DNA from: Pseudovirgaria hyperparasitica
Taxonomy: Eukaryota
Length of the DNA stretch: 64,000 nt
Direction: 5' to 3' (one strand)
Assembly: GCA_010093815.1 (NCBI GenBank)
Contig: ML996566.1
Made by a program: the position numbers and the translations under genes. This document shows, piece after piece, positions 41,091 to 52,488 of the stretch (positions are counted from its first letter, which is position 1; each line of letters begins with the position of its first letter). The notes under the pieces were generated by a model that saw only the letters and a list, made by a program, of their open reading frames with translations, was not told the origin of the DNA and searched no databases.

Positions 41091-41700
41091 ATGCGTGAGT
41101 CGTTACTATGCGATATTGAGACATCTTATCAGCAACAAAAAAGTCAAGCTGCACCTGCAAAGGAGCTAGATCCTCTTGATCTTCCTGCTGCTAAGATAAC
41201 TGTCACCTCCATCAATGAGGACGAGTTAAAGGCCTTTATCTTACAAGCTCCGCTAAAATACATGGAAGGTACCGCTCTACAATGATGGATGAGACCTGAG
41301 CAACGTCAAGAATGGCCATGCTGTTCTTTCATGGCTATTGAGGTGTTGGGTATACCAGGCCTCTCAGATGAGCCAGGGCGCGTGCTTTAGGCTTTAGCGG
41401 TGGTAGACGCACTTGCAGGTGGGATAGAGGAAGTCTTAGCGCTCAATTAATTGAAAGAGCTGAGTTCCTGAAGGGACTCATGCGATCGTGGCTTCTAGAT
41501 GGGAGAGTTTAAGCAGAGGCAGGGCCCTCTGATTGATCAAAGGTCAGTCAAAAATACCTTCAGATGCGTCGTATACTTTTCTAACTAAACAAGTTGTCGA
41601 TTGTCGATCCTCGTGCCGATATTTGATATTTTAATGTTGTCGATACTCAATTGTCGCTATGCGGGCTCATATCGACAATTGAGTATTGAGTACAGCCCTG
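41091..41700 (+). mobile_element. Degenerate hAT-superfamily DNA transposon: C-terminal dimerisation domain plus right terminus
   Basis: Translation DELKAFILQAPL..TALQ*W..QRQEWP..FMAIEVLGIPGLSDEPGRV/FSGGRRTCRWDRGSLSAQLIERAEFLKGLMRS resembles the hAT dimerisation domain, interrupted by stop codons. Subterminal TTGTCGAT/ACTCAATTGTCG repeats at 41594-41691; the terminus reads CAGGGCTGTAC on the minus strand. Confidence 0.8.
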
Positions 41701-41738
41701 TGAACTGGTCTAACTTCAATCAACACTCGATCCTAACA

Positions 41739-42960
41739 CTATCTCGTCCAACAGCTCATCGCAATCGCCGCAACTTCTTTTGCTCTCGAGACAGGAGCTT
41801 CGTGCCCACCCTTGATAGTATGGAATTCAACGTCGGCGGCCCCAAAGAATTCCCGCGAATCTTCGATAAACTCGTCCTTCACCACGATGACATCGCTGTC
41901 GGGTAGAATGACACAAATCCTGCCACCGGTCAATCCTGGCGGAGCATTGACGGCTTTCCGTTGCCTCAACTCCGCAGCTAGAAGTCTCCATATTCTATCG
42001 TGACGTCGATAGACTAGCGCGCTGCGTATGGTGCTCAGATACGAGTTCACAAATCCTTGATTTGCACCCAGCTGCCAGCGTATTACGTCACCAATGGTCA
42101 CATTTGGCTTGGTTGCAGCGATGGAGACGTTGTCGAATTCCACGTCAGCGTGTCTGTCTTGGTCTGGAACGTCGGCGGACGGGGCGCCATTGCGCGGCTC
42201 TAGACTTTCACGGATATATCGCAGTCGGAGTACATCAGGTATCAACCCTGAAGAGTAAAGGAATCGACTCCGAGTGCTGATGTGCGATGTGCGAATTAAA
42301 CCTCCCGGGGCGATCAAAGTGAGAGATCGTAGCATCGATGCGTGGTAGGCAGCGAAGGCGACAGAGATAGAACCGCCAAGAGAAAAGCCAACGAGGTGAA
42401 AAGCGGCGATGCCTGACCATGGTAATGGGGAGGAGGCTAGTACTAGGAGTATTTGAGTCGTGTAAAGACGGGCGTCGTGCTTGAGGTCGTTTGGGGCATC
42501 AGAATATCCACGTCCAAATAGATCTGTTGGTAACGGTTAATCGCTGCATCGTCCCTGTTTTTGAGAGGAAAGGAATACCAAACATCATGACCCTATATCC
42601 TTTACTGACAAATTCTCTAGCCATATCGCCCATTGCAATACAAGGCGTCCCCAGACCATGCACTAAAAGTATCTTCTCGCCGTCTTCGGGACCCCATTCG
42701 AAGACTTGAATCGTGCCATAGATGGTTTTCACTTGTTGTCGCCCCGGAAACTCATCCATATCATACGGCAGGGCCGCATCATTGCCTCTTCGCTTCGGAG
42801 ACGCTTCAATCCTCGCTCTAGCAACCGTCGCCGTGTCTTCCTCGGGAGAATGCTGCACAGTCCTCAGTAACGGCCAAAGCTGTAGAATGACTCTCGCGCA
42901 GAGCGCAACGAAGAGCAGGGTCCACACAGAATTGCGTGAAGAGTCTACGGGGCTGCTCAT
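41739..42960 (-). CDS. Alpha/beta hydrolase with N-terminal hydrophobic segment, 1 intron (~42524-42578)
   Basis: LLVHGLGTP, FDLFGRGYSD across the intron, nucleophile LVGFSLGG, LIAPGG, C-terminal GGHE. Confidence 0.88.
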
Positions 42961-43299
42961 CGTGCAGTTGAATGTCGGTTACCGGGTACTCGACTGCATT
43001 GCTACGCCGAAGTGTAAAATCATTTCCTCGTGCCAGGGGCGCCATGATCAGACTCCGATGCACAACTATACCGCCCTGGGATGTCGTCAGCGCTGAATTG
43101 AGTGGGAGATAAAAATGGGTCGCTTGCCCGAGCCTCATGGCCTGCCGACTCCGATGATGGCCCATGCCGGAGAGTTCTGTGATAGTCCGGATCCACTTGA
43201 AATCCTCCGAGCCGGGCGGACCATCCGGACGGACAGCCGCGCGTTCGAAGTCAGCAAGTCTAGCCTTTTCTGTCCATATGGTCCAAATGACACAGTTGT

Positions 43300-43571
43300 C
43301 GTGGACGGTATGTGTCTAAGGGCCACACTTCCAAAAGTCAAAAGTCAGAAGTCAAGTCTTAAATCCTGCTTAGTCCACGTTGCAATCAGTCAAAATGAGT
43401 CAAAATCACGTATATTGAGTGTTGTTTCGAGGCACACACCGGGACTCAAGACTGAAATTCTTACTTTTGACTTTTGAATCTTGACTTTTGGAAGTGTGGC
43501 CCTCGGACACATACCGTCCACGGTATACAGTTCGACCGTATGTGTCCGAGGGCCACACTTCTAAAAGTCAA
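43300..43571. mobile_element. MITE-like element, 223 bp with 42-bp terminal inverted repeats, plus an adjacent third TIR copy
   Basis: 43300-43341 vs reverse complement of 43481-43522 match at 40/42 nt. Internal AAAAGTC repeats. A third copy at ~43534-43571 has the left-arm orientation. Confidence 0.8.
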
Positions 43572-43919
43572 GGGGATCCTAGATTACTGATTGTCGATTA
43601 GATTCCTATTACTCATCATTTTAGAGAAAGGTAGGGAGACGCTTGGTCTTGATGCAGCTCATTGAGTTGACCTGCAGCTACTATTCACTAAGTCAGTGTA
43701 ATGTATCTAGAATGTAGCGCTATCACGTAGGGAGATATTCAACACCTCGAAGAAAGTCTAACCTCTAGTAGCTACACGATGACCGTTTATAATGGCAATG
43801 ACAGGTGCTGGGAACGAATTCGCGGCAAATAACGATAGGCGAAATCTTTCAAACCCTACTCTACAAGTACGCCTGATGTTCGATGAAGTCATACAGTCGT
43901 ACATTTTCAACTACGACAG

Positions 43920-46203
43920 TTACTTTGCCTTCTCCAGTGCCTTGTGTTTCCCATTGCTCAACTCGAAGTACTCCCGTATTCTCGTCCGGGCGACATTCAC
44001 AGTGTTGACGTCTTCGATCGTACTCGGAATTCCTACCTCCTTCTCAAAATCATTATTAACTCCATTCTCAAGCAACTCTCTGAGTACCCGCCGCAGAATC
44101 TTTCCACTTCTTGTCTTGGGGATAGTTCCGGAGCCTTGAATGATGCCGCCAAGTGAAGCAAAGGCCCCAACTTGTTCGCGCACCAATTTTTGTATCTCTC
44201 GGTAGATTTCAGAAGGTGGAATGGGCGACGAGTGGTATGACGAGGTAGAGAGCGTGATGAAGGCGAATGGCAATTGCCCTTTCAATGCGTCAGGAATACC
44301 CACAACGCAGGCCTCAATAACTAGCGGATGAGATATCACAGCCTGCTCGATGGAACCTGCTCAATTCGTGTTAGCAGATTTGGTTGCCTTGCCTGGAGGA
44401 TTGTCCTTGATCACGAGTGACGCTGGAGAAGGACTTACCACTGCTCAATCTGTACGCGCTTACATTAAGCACATCATCGTTTCTGCCCATCACCCACACA
44501 TACCCATCCTTATCAATCCAACCATTATCTCCGGTGTCCATCCATCGTCCGTTGAACCTTTCTAAGTAGCTTCTATAAAATCTTTCGTCGTTATTCCATA
44601 AATTGTGAAAAGCAGTAGGCGCGAGTGGTAACCCCAGAACAACGTTACCCATAGCACCCCTCTCAATCTCTTCGCCTGCATCATCTACTACCCGAACATC
44701 GAACCCGGGCATTGGTTTACCAGCGCTACCCGGTTTGCTGGACACGAGTGCATAAGATGAGGGATCCATCTCCGGCAATTCGAGCGCAAGATTGGGCATC
44801 AATGCGCCGCCGGTGATGGGACTGCCAACTTCTGTTGACCACCAATTGTCGATGCATCTGGCGTTGGGTGCCGCATGCTTCTCCAGTAAATGTTGGTAAG
44901 TCTCAATCAGACTCGGCTCGCTCCTCTCACCCGCCAGGAAAAGAGCGCGCAGCTGTTTCAGTCCACCCATCTTGCCGATGTGCTCAAGCATAGTATTCTC
45001 CGGATCATCGTTTCGTATTGCTCGAAGCGCAGTGGGCGCCGTAAACATCGTAGTTACACCATACTCCTTCACGACCCTCCAAAACGCGCTCGCATCTGGG
45101 GTACCTACGGGTTTACCTTCGTACAGCACTGTCGATGCACCCGCAAGCAGAGGCGCGTAGCAAATATAAGAATGCCCGACCACCCATCCGATATCCGATG
45201 CGGTGAAAATGACGTCGCCTGGACCCTGAATGTTGAACACAGAAGCAATCGATAGCGAAAGTCCAACGGCGTGGCCTCCTGCGTCTCGTAAGACACCCTT
45301 GGGAGTGCCTGTCGTGCCGGAAGTATACAGGATATACACAGGTTCAGATGAACCAATGGGCACACATGCGGCCTTCAACCGATCGTTCTTTGCCCTTTGA
45401 ACGACGTTTTGCCAGACTGATTGTTTTGTGGATGTCTGCAGGCCGATGATCCGTCGGAAAAATGACCATACGCGCGACCACCATGGCTTCGTGGTCCAGC
45501 GGAGTTGTGGGCGTTGCCAGATCCATACGTTCTCTGGTTTGTGAGATGAAAGGCGGATTGCTTTTTCTACCAAAGGCTGGTATGCGATCGCAGGTCGATT
45601 GCCGACGATTCCACAGGAGGCAGTAAGAAGAATCTTTGGCCTGCAGTCGTCTATCCGTTGAGCGAGGGCAGTGGGAGCAAAGCCACCGAAGACGACGGAA
45701 TGTATAGCGCCGAGACGATTTATGGCGAGCATACCGATGATAGATGCAGGAATCATGGGCACTGGACTACCTCGTGAGTGACACTACGCTATCATCTTGG
45801 TATTTGACGTACTGTAAAGCATTACCACGTCGCCTCTCCTGATGCCATATCTTCTCAGCGCTCCAGCCAGGGCCTCCACCTCTCTCAGAAGATTGTTGTA
45901 AGTGTACTTCTCTTTGACATGGGTGACCGGGCTGTGGTAGTAGATAGCGACAGTATCGCCATTGCCCGCAGCAACATGTCTGTCCACACAATTGTAGCAT
46001 GTCGATATTTCCCCACCCGAGAACCAGTCCCACGTAGGATGCGAAATGCCATTTTCAAGAGCTTTCCTCCCCTTCTGGAGTGCAACTTTTGGTTTCGTGT
46101 GCCAGAACAGCCGATCTGCTTGCGATAACCAAAACTCCTCTGGATTCTGCAAGCTTTCGCGCAGGACGTCGTCTTGGACGATTCTTTCTGGAACGCCAGC
46201 CAT
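43920..46203 (-). CDS. Short-chain acyl-CoA synthetase (propionate-CoA ligase PrpE/ACSS3-like), 2 introns
   Basis: WFSGGEISTCYNCVDRH, YILYTSGTTGTPKG, SDIGWVVGHSY, DNWWSTE, DTGD, GRNDD, PKTRSGKILRR. Confidence 0.93.
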
Positions 46204-47561
46204 TTCGACGTGAAAGGCAATATGTCAAGCTATGATGCTATGACGGCACGTAGGCCTTCATCTAAGGCAGAACATGCCGCCAATCATTTCGCCAGTGCAC
46301 GAAAACCGCGACGAAGCAATGGCCATCGAAAGCCTCCGAGCAGTGAGCGGTACAAGAAGCTAGATACCAATCGGCAATCAGAAGCCTCATGTGCATCCCA
46401 CTTGGAAGTATATGTTCAGGTTCGGATGCTTTCCACGGAGTGTTTATAACACTAAAGTGGAGCACACGTGACCGTAAAGACCTTTCTCGTAACTGCACCC
46501 AGTATGCCTGAGTCTATTACAAGGTAATCTGTTATCAATGAGAACTTCATTGATAAAAGTGGATATGGTTGGTTGGTCGTTTGATTCCTACTTGGTTCAG
46601 GCCGCGTTGTCCTCGCTGCTATGCCCGGCAGGAACGACTTGGTGAATAGCCGACGCGTCTTGCGTATGTAAAGCAGTAATTGTACTAAAAGCACCATAGT
46701 GCTCGGCTCCTTGAGGCTTTCGCCCTGCATGCTGATCCTTCTACCTAGAGACCCCCCCCGGTGCTTGATTCGACTACTCCTCTCTGACCCGGAACTGCCC
46801 AAGGGTCTCCGTTCGTTCTATGAATCTGATAGCTTTGGTGGCTAGCTTGCGCCCGTTCAATCTCGCTCGGCTCGGTGATCTCGTCTCCTGATGCTGGATC
46901 GGTGATAGCCGGGGTGGTGTTCGGAGACTGTTCAGTCTCTTGTTCTTGCCCACTTAGCTACCATTTGATTGTGCCGGTTCTTAGTGTGCTTGACATATTG
47001 AATTGTTCCATGATATCTAGCAACTCTTCTGTCTCGCGATCTGTCAGAATGGAGTCGGGTCGACACATATGTACAGCAATCAATCCTTTTCTCCTTCTAT
47101 CTCTTTTAGATTCAACTGGCGTAGAGAATCACGTGGTGCTCTCATACGATCTGTCCGGACTACTCGTGATCCTCCTTATAGCGGATGATGGAGGTTGAGG
47201 ACACCTAGGTCTATATGTTCTTCCTGATGATGTCCCACCAATGCATTGCGAAGGGTTAGAATGGATATGTGCAAATACGAAACAAAATGCCATTCCGCGA
47301 TTGCTATCACGTGTTTGACCCTAGCTCTATTTTAACTCTTTCGATTGTTCTTTGACCTAGGCACAGATTTTCGCCGAATACGACTATGCACGAGTATGTT
47401 GAAAGATGAGGTTGCAGGAGTAACTCATTGAATTGAATTAGTTGTAAGTCGTTAAGAGAGAGAGACTGCAGAAGCTATTTAAGTGGTTGGCCACTAGTCC
47501 CAATCAGGAAGCTGGCCCTCACTATGGAGCCCCTTTTAACACAGTACTTACTCACTTACAA

Positions 47562-48613
47562 TCAATTCATCCAGTCTCTCATGCCTTTTTCCATTAATTT
47601 TTCACTAAACCGCTGGTTCTCTTCTAGGTGATGATTGCCAAGGAGGTTGGGATAGAGGCTTTCCAGTACCACCTCTCTCGTTTGCACGCTTGACTCTACT
47701 TGAGTTTCGCTGATGGCCACAATCTCCACGATATTGCCATCGCCATACTTGGCCTCTGTCAAGATCTTGAAGATCTCTTCTGCTGCTTGTCCTTGCGTTA
47801 AGCCGATACTGCATTGCGTTAGCCAAAATAATCTCCTGAGCGGCGAGAAGAATAACTCACTCGGTTGGAAGCAGCTGGTCTCTGCAATAGTCTTGATCGA
47901 ACAGTGGAGTCTGGAGTACGTCAGTGTATGCGCACTGGAAAGAGCTGTCCTATGGCACATACTTTCGTTGGGCCAGGACATGCTGCAGCATTTCGGATCC
48001 CAAACATCTGCCTTAGAGGGCCAAAGCTCTTGGCTATACTGATGATGGCTGCTTTACTGCTACAATACAGTGGAGTCTGCATCATGTGCACATAGCCAGT
48101 CACACTGGCTACCCACATCAGATTTCCTTGAATGTCCCGGTTTTGCAGCCAATAATCCATTGCAATTTGCGACAATCGGATTGGAGCCATGGTATTGATA
48201 GCAAACAGCTTGTAGACTCCAGGATTGCAATCGACCGAGTCACTCGCGTGTGGTGAGATACCGGGAGCGTTCCAAAAAGTGCTCCATGGAGGCTCGTAGA
48301 CCGCTGCTCCGTTGACTACGATGTTGACTTTGCCAAAGGCTGCCACTGAACGGTCAAACAGGCTCTGCAGCTGCGCCCAGTCTGCCAGGTCTGTTTGCAA
48401 GAAGATTGCAGATGGTTTACCGGCGTCCGGTGCTGGGTGAGGGTACTTTAAGAGTGTGGCCTCCGCCTCCGGACGCAGTCGCAGATCAACCATAACCACA
48501 GAACAACCATTCTGCAACAAGATCTCCGTCAGCGCATGGTTGATACCGGATCCAGCCCCTGTGACAATAGCGACTTTGTCTTCAACATCGTATGCGGTTT
48601 GGTGTGGAGCCAT
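47562..48613 (-). CDS. Short-chain dehydrogenase/reductase, 2 introns
   Basis: VAIVTGAGSGIN, VVNGAAV, catalytic YCSSK, ACPGPTK|TPLF. Confidence 0.92.
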
Positions 48614-49121
48614 TGTAGTGTGTTGAAGTTGTGGCTGTATTGGATTATCGAGAAAGCCTCGGGCGGTCTCAATAAGGCGTGAAGCCACGATCACCCGGCT
48701 CTTGTCATTATGCCACGACCGTAGATGCTGCTCGCGTAATTATCAGGGTAGTGGCCCTCCAATTTTCTCAGTTTAACCCCCCGAGGTGGCACTCAATACC
48801 CTCCGGGTTCCGAATCACCCAGACAGCGGTGCTCATTCTCACGAAGGGACCGACTGTATCGGAGTGCTTCGTAACCGACTATACCATTATCGTAGCCTGG
48901 CGAGCTCCAGAATGCAAATATTGGGTATGCACATTGTCAAACGCCATCTGGTCTTGCGATACGAGGTCGCATTTTCTATCCCTGCCTGTCATTTCCGGGG
49001 ATAACAAGCATGTTGCGAAACTTCTGCAGCCTGTAGATAGACCAGAACCATTCCAGGAAAGCAATCCCCGACTCAGCTTGCGCACTAAAACTCAACTGCA
49101 ACCGCATAGAGCTTTGTCTTC

Positions 49122-51113
49122 ATGGCTCAGGCACAACCAGTCCAACCTGTTGTGGACGTCGTCACAAATGCTACCGATCATGGACCTTGTCATGTAGCAC
49201 AATCTAAAAATGCTTCTGAAGAGGCCGAGAAATTGCAGAAGAAGTATGAGGAGGAACGAAATAAACGACTCCGGTCCGACGGCCTCTCACAGTATCTCAA
49301 CCTGAGCTCTACAGAGAACCCAAAAATACGCCGCTACCTCGACGATCCTTGGGACGACGGATCTATCTCTTCAATTCCTTTGCAAGATGGTGCTCACACC
49401 AAAATTCTTATTGTGGGTGCCGGTTTCGGAGGACTTATGTTTGCTGTTGAGCTCATCCGAGCAGGAATTCCACATGGTGACATTTTGATGGTCGATCAAG
49501 CCGCTGGGTTTGGTGGTGCATGGTACTGGAACAGATATGCGGGCTTGATGTGCGATGTCGACAGTACTGTCTATATGCCTCTTTTGGAGGAGACAGGCTA
49601 CAGAGCAAAACACAAATATGCATATGGTGAGGAGCTGCGCGAGCACGCCGAGAGGATTGCTACCAAGTACAAATTGAGAGATCGTGCCATGTTTCGAAGC
49701 GAAGTCCACAGTTCTCAGTGGGATGACACTACGAAAATGTGGAAGCTGAAGCTTACACAGCGCTCTCCCAATTCGAACGACATTTCCGCTGCCGTAAGCG
49801 CTGACTTCGTCATATTCGTGCCAGGGCTTTTCACGCGCCCAAAGGTCCCCAATTTGTCGGGTCTAGAAACCTATTCTGGCAAAAGCTTTCTCACCTCGCG
49901 TTGGGACTACGAAGTAACAGGCGGAAACCAAGAAAACCCTTCTCTCGAAAACTTACGAGACAAACGGGTCGGCATCATCGGTACTGGCGCCACAGCCTTA
50001 CAAGCTGTTCCTCATCTCGCAAAATGGAGTAAGCATCTGTATGTCTTCCAACGCACGCCATCTTCCGTGGATGTTCGCCGCCAGAAGACCATCACCGACG
50101 CGGAATGGGCAAATGTCACCAAGTCTGGACCTGGATGGCAAGCAGTACGGAGCAGAAATTTTACGTCCTTCACAGCTCGCGTTGAACCGTTGCCAGAAAT
50201 CGACATGATCTCCGACGGATGGACTGATTTCCCATCGTACCACGTCCTTACTGGTGGTGGGAAGCCCGTGACGTCAGAAATGGTAGCAGCACATATTGCC
50301 GACTCACACCGTTTGGATCTTCCGCGCATGGAGAGAATTCGCGCGCGGGTCGATCAAGAAGTCAAGGACCCAGCTGTTGCTGAAAAACTTAAACCCTGGT
50401 ATGCGGGATGGTGCAAGCGGCCCGGCTTTCACGATGACTATCTTTCGACCTTCAACAAACCCAATGTCGAGCTCATCGACACAGCGGGACGAGGAGTGGA
50501 TGCTATCACCACGACAGGTGTGCAAGCAAATGGGCAAGTATACGATGTGGATGTCCTCATCTTCTCCACAGGCTTCGAATCTGGCTTCCATTTAGACCCT
50601 GGATCTCGATGCGGAATCGAAGTCATCGGGCGGGAAGGGCGACGAATGGCGGATAGATGGGAGAAGGAGGGCACGGCAACACTACACGGTATCATGAGCC
50701 GTGGCTTCCCCAACTTATTCTTCACTGGAACACCGCAATCCGGAGTTTCGCCCAACTATACCCCCTCGCTGGAGATCTTTTCGCGGCATACGGCCTACAT
50801 CATTTCCGAGGTTGAAAAGAAGCGAGCAGTGCTCCCAGAATTGAGAGTCGCGGCAGAGCCTCATGCGGATGCTGAGAAGGCTTGGGTGATGGGCGTGCTT
50901 GCCGGGGCATATTCACTGGCTCCACTGGGTCATTGTACACCGTCATATTTCAATGCGGAGAGTGATGTAACAAAGCTACCGATGGAAGAACAAGTCAAAG
51001 GTGCTGTAACGGCAGCTTGGCCGGGAGGTATAAATGACTATCTGGATATACTCCAAGCTTGGAGGGAAGCTGGTGATCTTAGTGGACTAAGCATCACACT
51101 GACAAGTAAATGA
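49122..51113 (+). CDS. Baeyer-Villiger-type FAD/NADPH monooxygenase (663 aa, intronless)
   Basis: Two Rossmann motifs GAGFGG and GTGATA, GGAWYWNRYAGLMCD, fingerprint-like YSGKSFLTSRWD, WCKRPGFHDDYL, FSTGF, CTPSYFN. Confidence 0.95.
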   Translation: MAQAQPVQPVVDVVTNATDHGPCHVAQSKNASEEAEKLQKKYEEERNKRLRSDGLSQYLNLSSTENPKIRRYLDDPWDDGSISSIPLQDGAHTKILIVGAGFGGLMFAVELIRAGIPHGDILMVDQAAGFGGAWYWNRYAGLMCDVDSTVYMPLLEETGYRAKHKYAYGEELREHAERIATKYKLRDRAMFRSEVHSSQWDDTTKMWKLKLTQRSPNSNDISAAVSADFVIFVPGLFTRPKVPNLSGLETYSGKSFLTSRWDYEVTGGNQENPSLENLRDKRVGIIGTGATALQAVPHLAKWSKHLYVFQRTPSSVDVRRQKTITDAEWANVTKSGPGWQAVRSRNFTSFTARVEPLPEIDMISDGWTDFPSYHVLTGGGKPVTSEMVAAHIADSHRLDLPRMERIRARVDQEVKDPAVAEKLKPWYAGWCKRPGFHDDYLSTFNKPNVELIDTAGRGVDAITTTGVQANGQVYDVDVLIFSTGFESGFHLDPGSRCGIEVIGREGRRMADRWEKEGTATLHGIMSRGFPNLFFTGTPQSGVSPNYTPSLEIFSRHTAYIISEVEKKRAVLPELRVAAEPHADAEKAWVMGVLAGAYSLAPLGHCTPSYFNAESDVTKLPMEEQVKGAVTAAWPGGINDYLDILQAWREAGDLSGLSITLTSK

Positions 51114-51603
51114 GATGGCGATGGCAACATGCCTTTACATTCCTTGACGTCCTCAATTCTAATTAAAGTACGCATGCAGAATCTCCAATCAGCCCGATGA
51201 AGTTGTACGTACTCTTTCCTATAATAGATACGAGCGGCTTCCAGCGAGAACATTGCGTGAGTGCATACTATAAGCATCTCTCGCAAGATGATCATGCAGC
51301 CTTGTATCGTAGACTTGCTCTGATATTCCGGCGAGTTTACTTGAACTACCGATCCCTGCCATGCAATGCTTGAAGCCGGAAGTAGAGGAGTGGTACACTT
51401 CGGAGGTTAAAACCACTCTCCGTGAAATGCCGCCCTCGGAGAGCAGCAGCACATTCACGTGGATCCGACATAAGAAGCGCCGGACACAGTCGGCCACATC
51501 GCAATGAGTAATTTAGCTGAGCGGTCTTCACCTGTTTCATCCCACACCCGATTCCATTCCATCATCTCATTTCATCTCATCCCAAACCTCGTTTTCAACC
51601 AAG

Positions 51604-52020
51604 ATGGCCGCATCTGCACCTGCCTCGGGCGTCTCGCGCCACATCACCGTCTACATCAAGCCCGAGCACGCCAGCACGTTTCTCGGAGCATTCAAGACCC
51701 TCTTCGACCAAGTAGTCACCAATCCCGAATGCAAGTTATTCGAGGTCTACCGAGATTCCAAGGAGCCCGGTGTCTTTCACTGGGTCGAAGACTGGTAAGC
51801 AGGGTCACCGGCGTCGACGACGAATAATCAAATCTTGCGAGATTACTAAAAAAAAAATTATGGCAGGGATGGAACTGCCGAGTGGCTGGCCGCTGCACAG
51901 GAGGGCAGTGAGGATTACAAGAAATGGCTGGCGTTTGAGGAGACGCTGTATGCGAAGCCGAGAGAGGAGCGCATTGTGGAGAGGATGGCAGGTGATTTCT
52001 TTCACGTGAACAAGGCATGA
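51604..52020 (+). CDS. Small ABM / dimeric alpha-beta barrel protein (114 aa), intron 51795-51866
   Basis: HITVYIKPEHASTFL...EPECK-like NPECKLFEVYRDSKEPGVFHWVEDW|DGTAEWL...YAKPRE. A GTAAGC...TACTAA...GCAG intron restores a complete ORF that the ORF track misses. Confidence 0.8.
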
Positions 52021-52488
52021 GTAGAGAAAGAAGAGGAACCAAGACGTTGCGAGATAGTTTGCCATGGCAGGTGTTCCATGCTCAATCCCTTCTATCGCCT
52101 AGAGGCCAACTACACATTTTGGCTGCAAAAAATATGTACATCGTGTTTGTCCTTCGTATAGTCATCAAATCTAGTCCAGTTACACATTTCCACCATAAAG
52201 AATTCTGTAACCCGTGATTTACCACCGCATAGTCATTGAAATCTTACCCGGGCTGCGGTGAGAATGGTCGTGGGCCGGAGATCGGATGTAATATAAAACC
52301 CTCCGAACGGGTGGATAGCGCTCCCGAACCACCTTATGCTCGATTCTGATTGGCTTGCAAATATTCTCAGCAGTCCAAGGATTTGCAGACACTTGGTTGA
52401 TCAGTTGTCCCTTTGGTAAGATCCAGTCAAGCTAAACTGGCAAGGCGACGTTATTCAGTCAGTCACGAAGTAACAGTCATTCATCACG

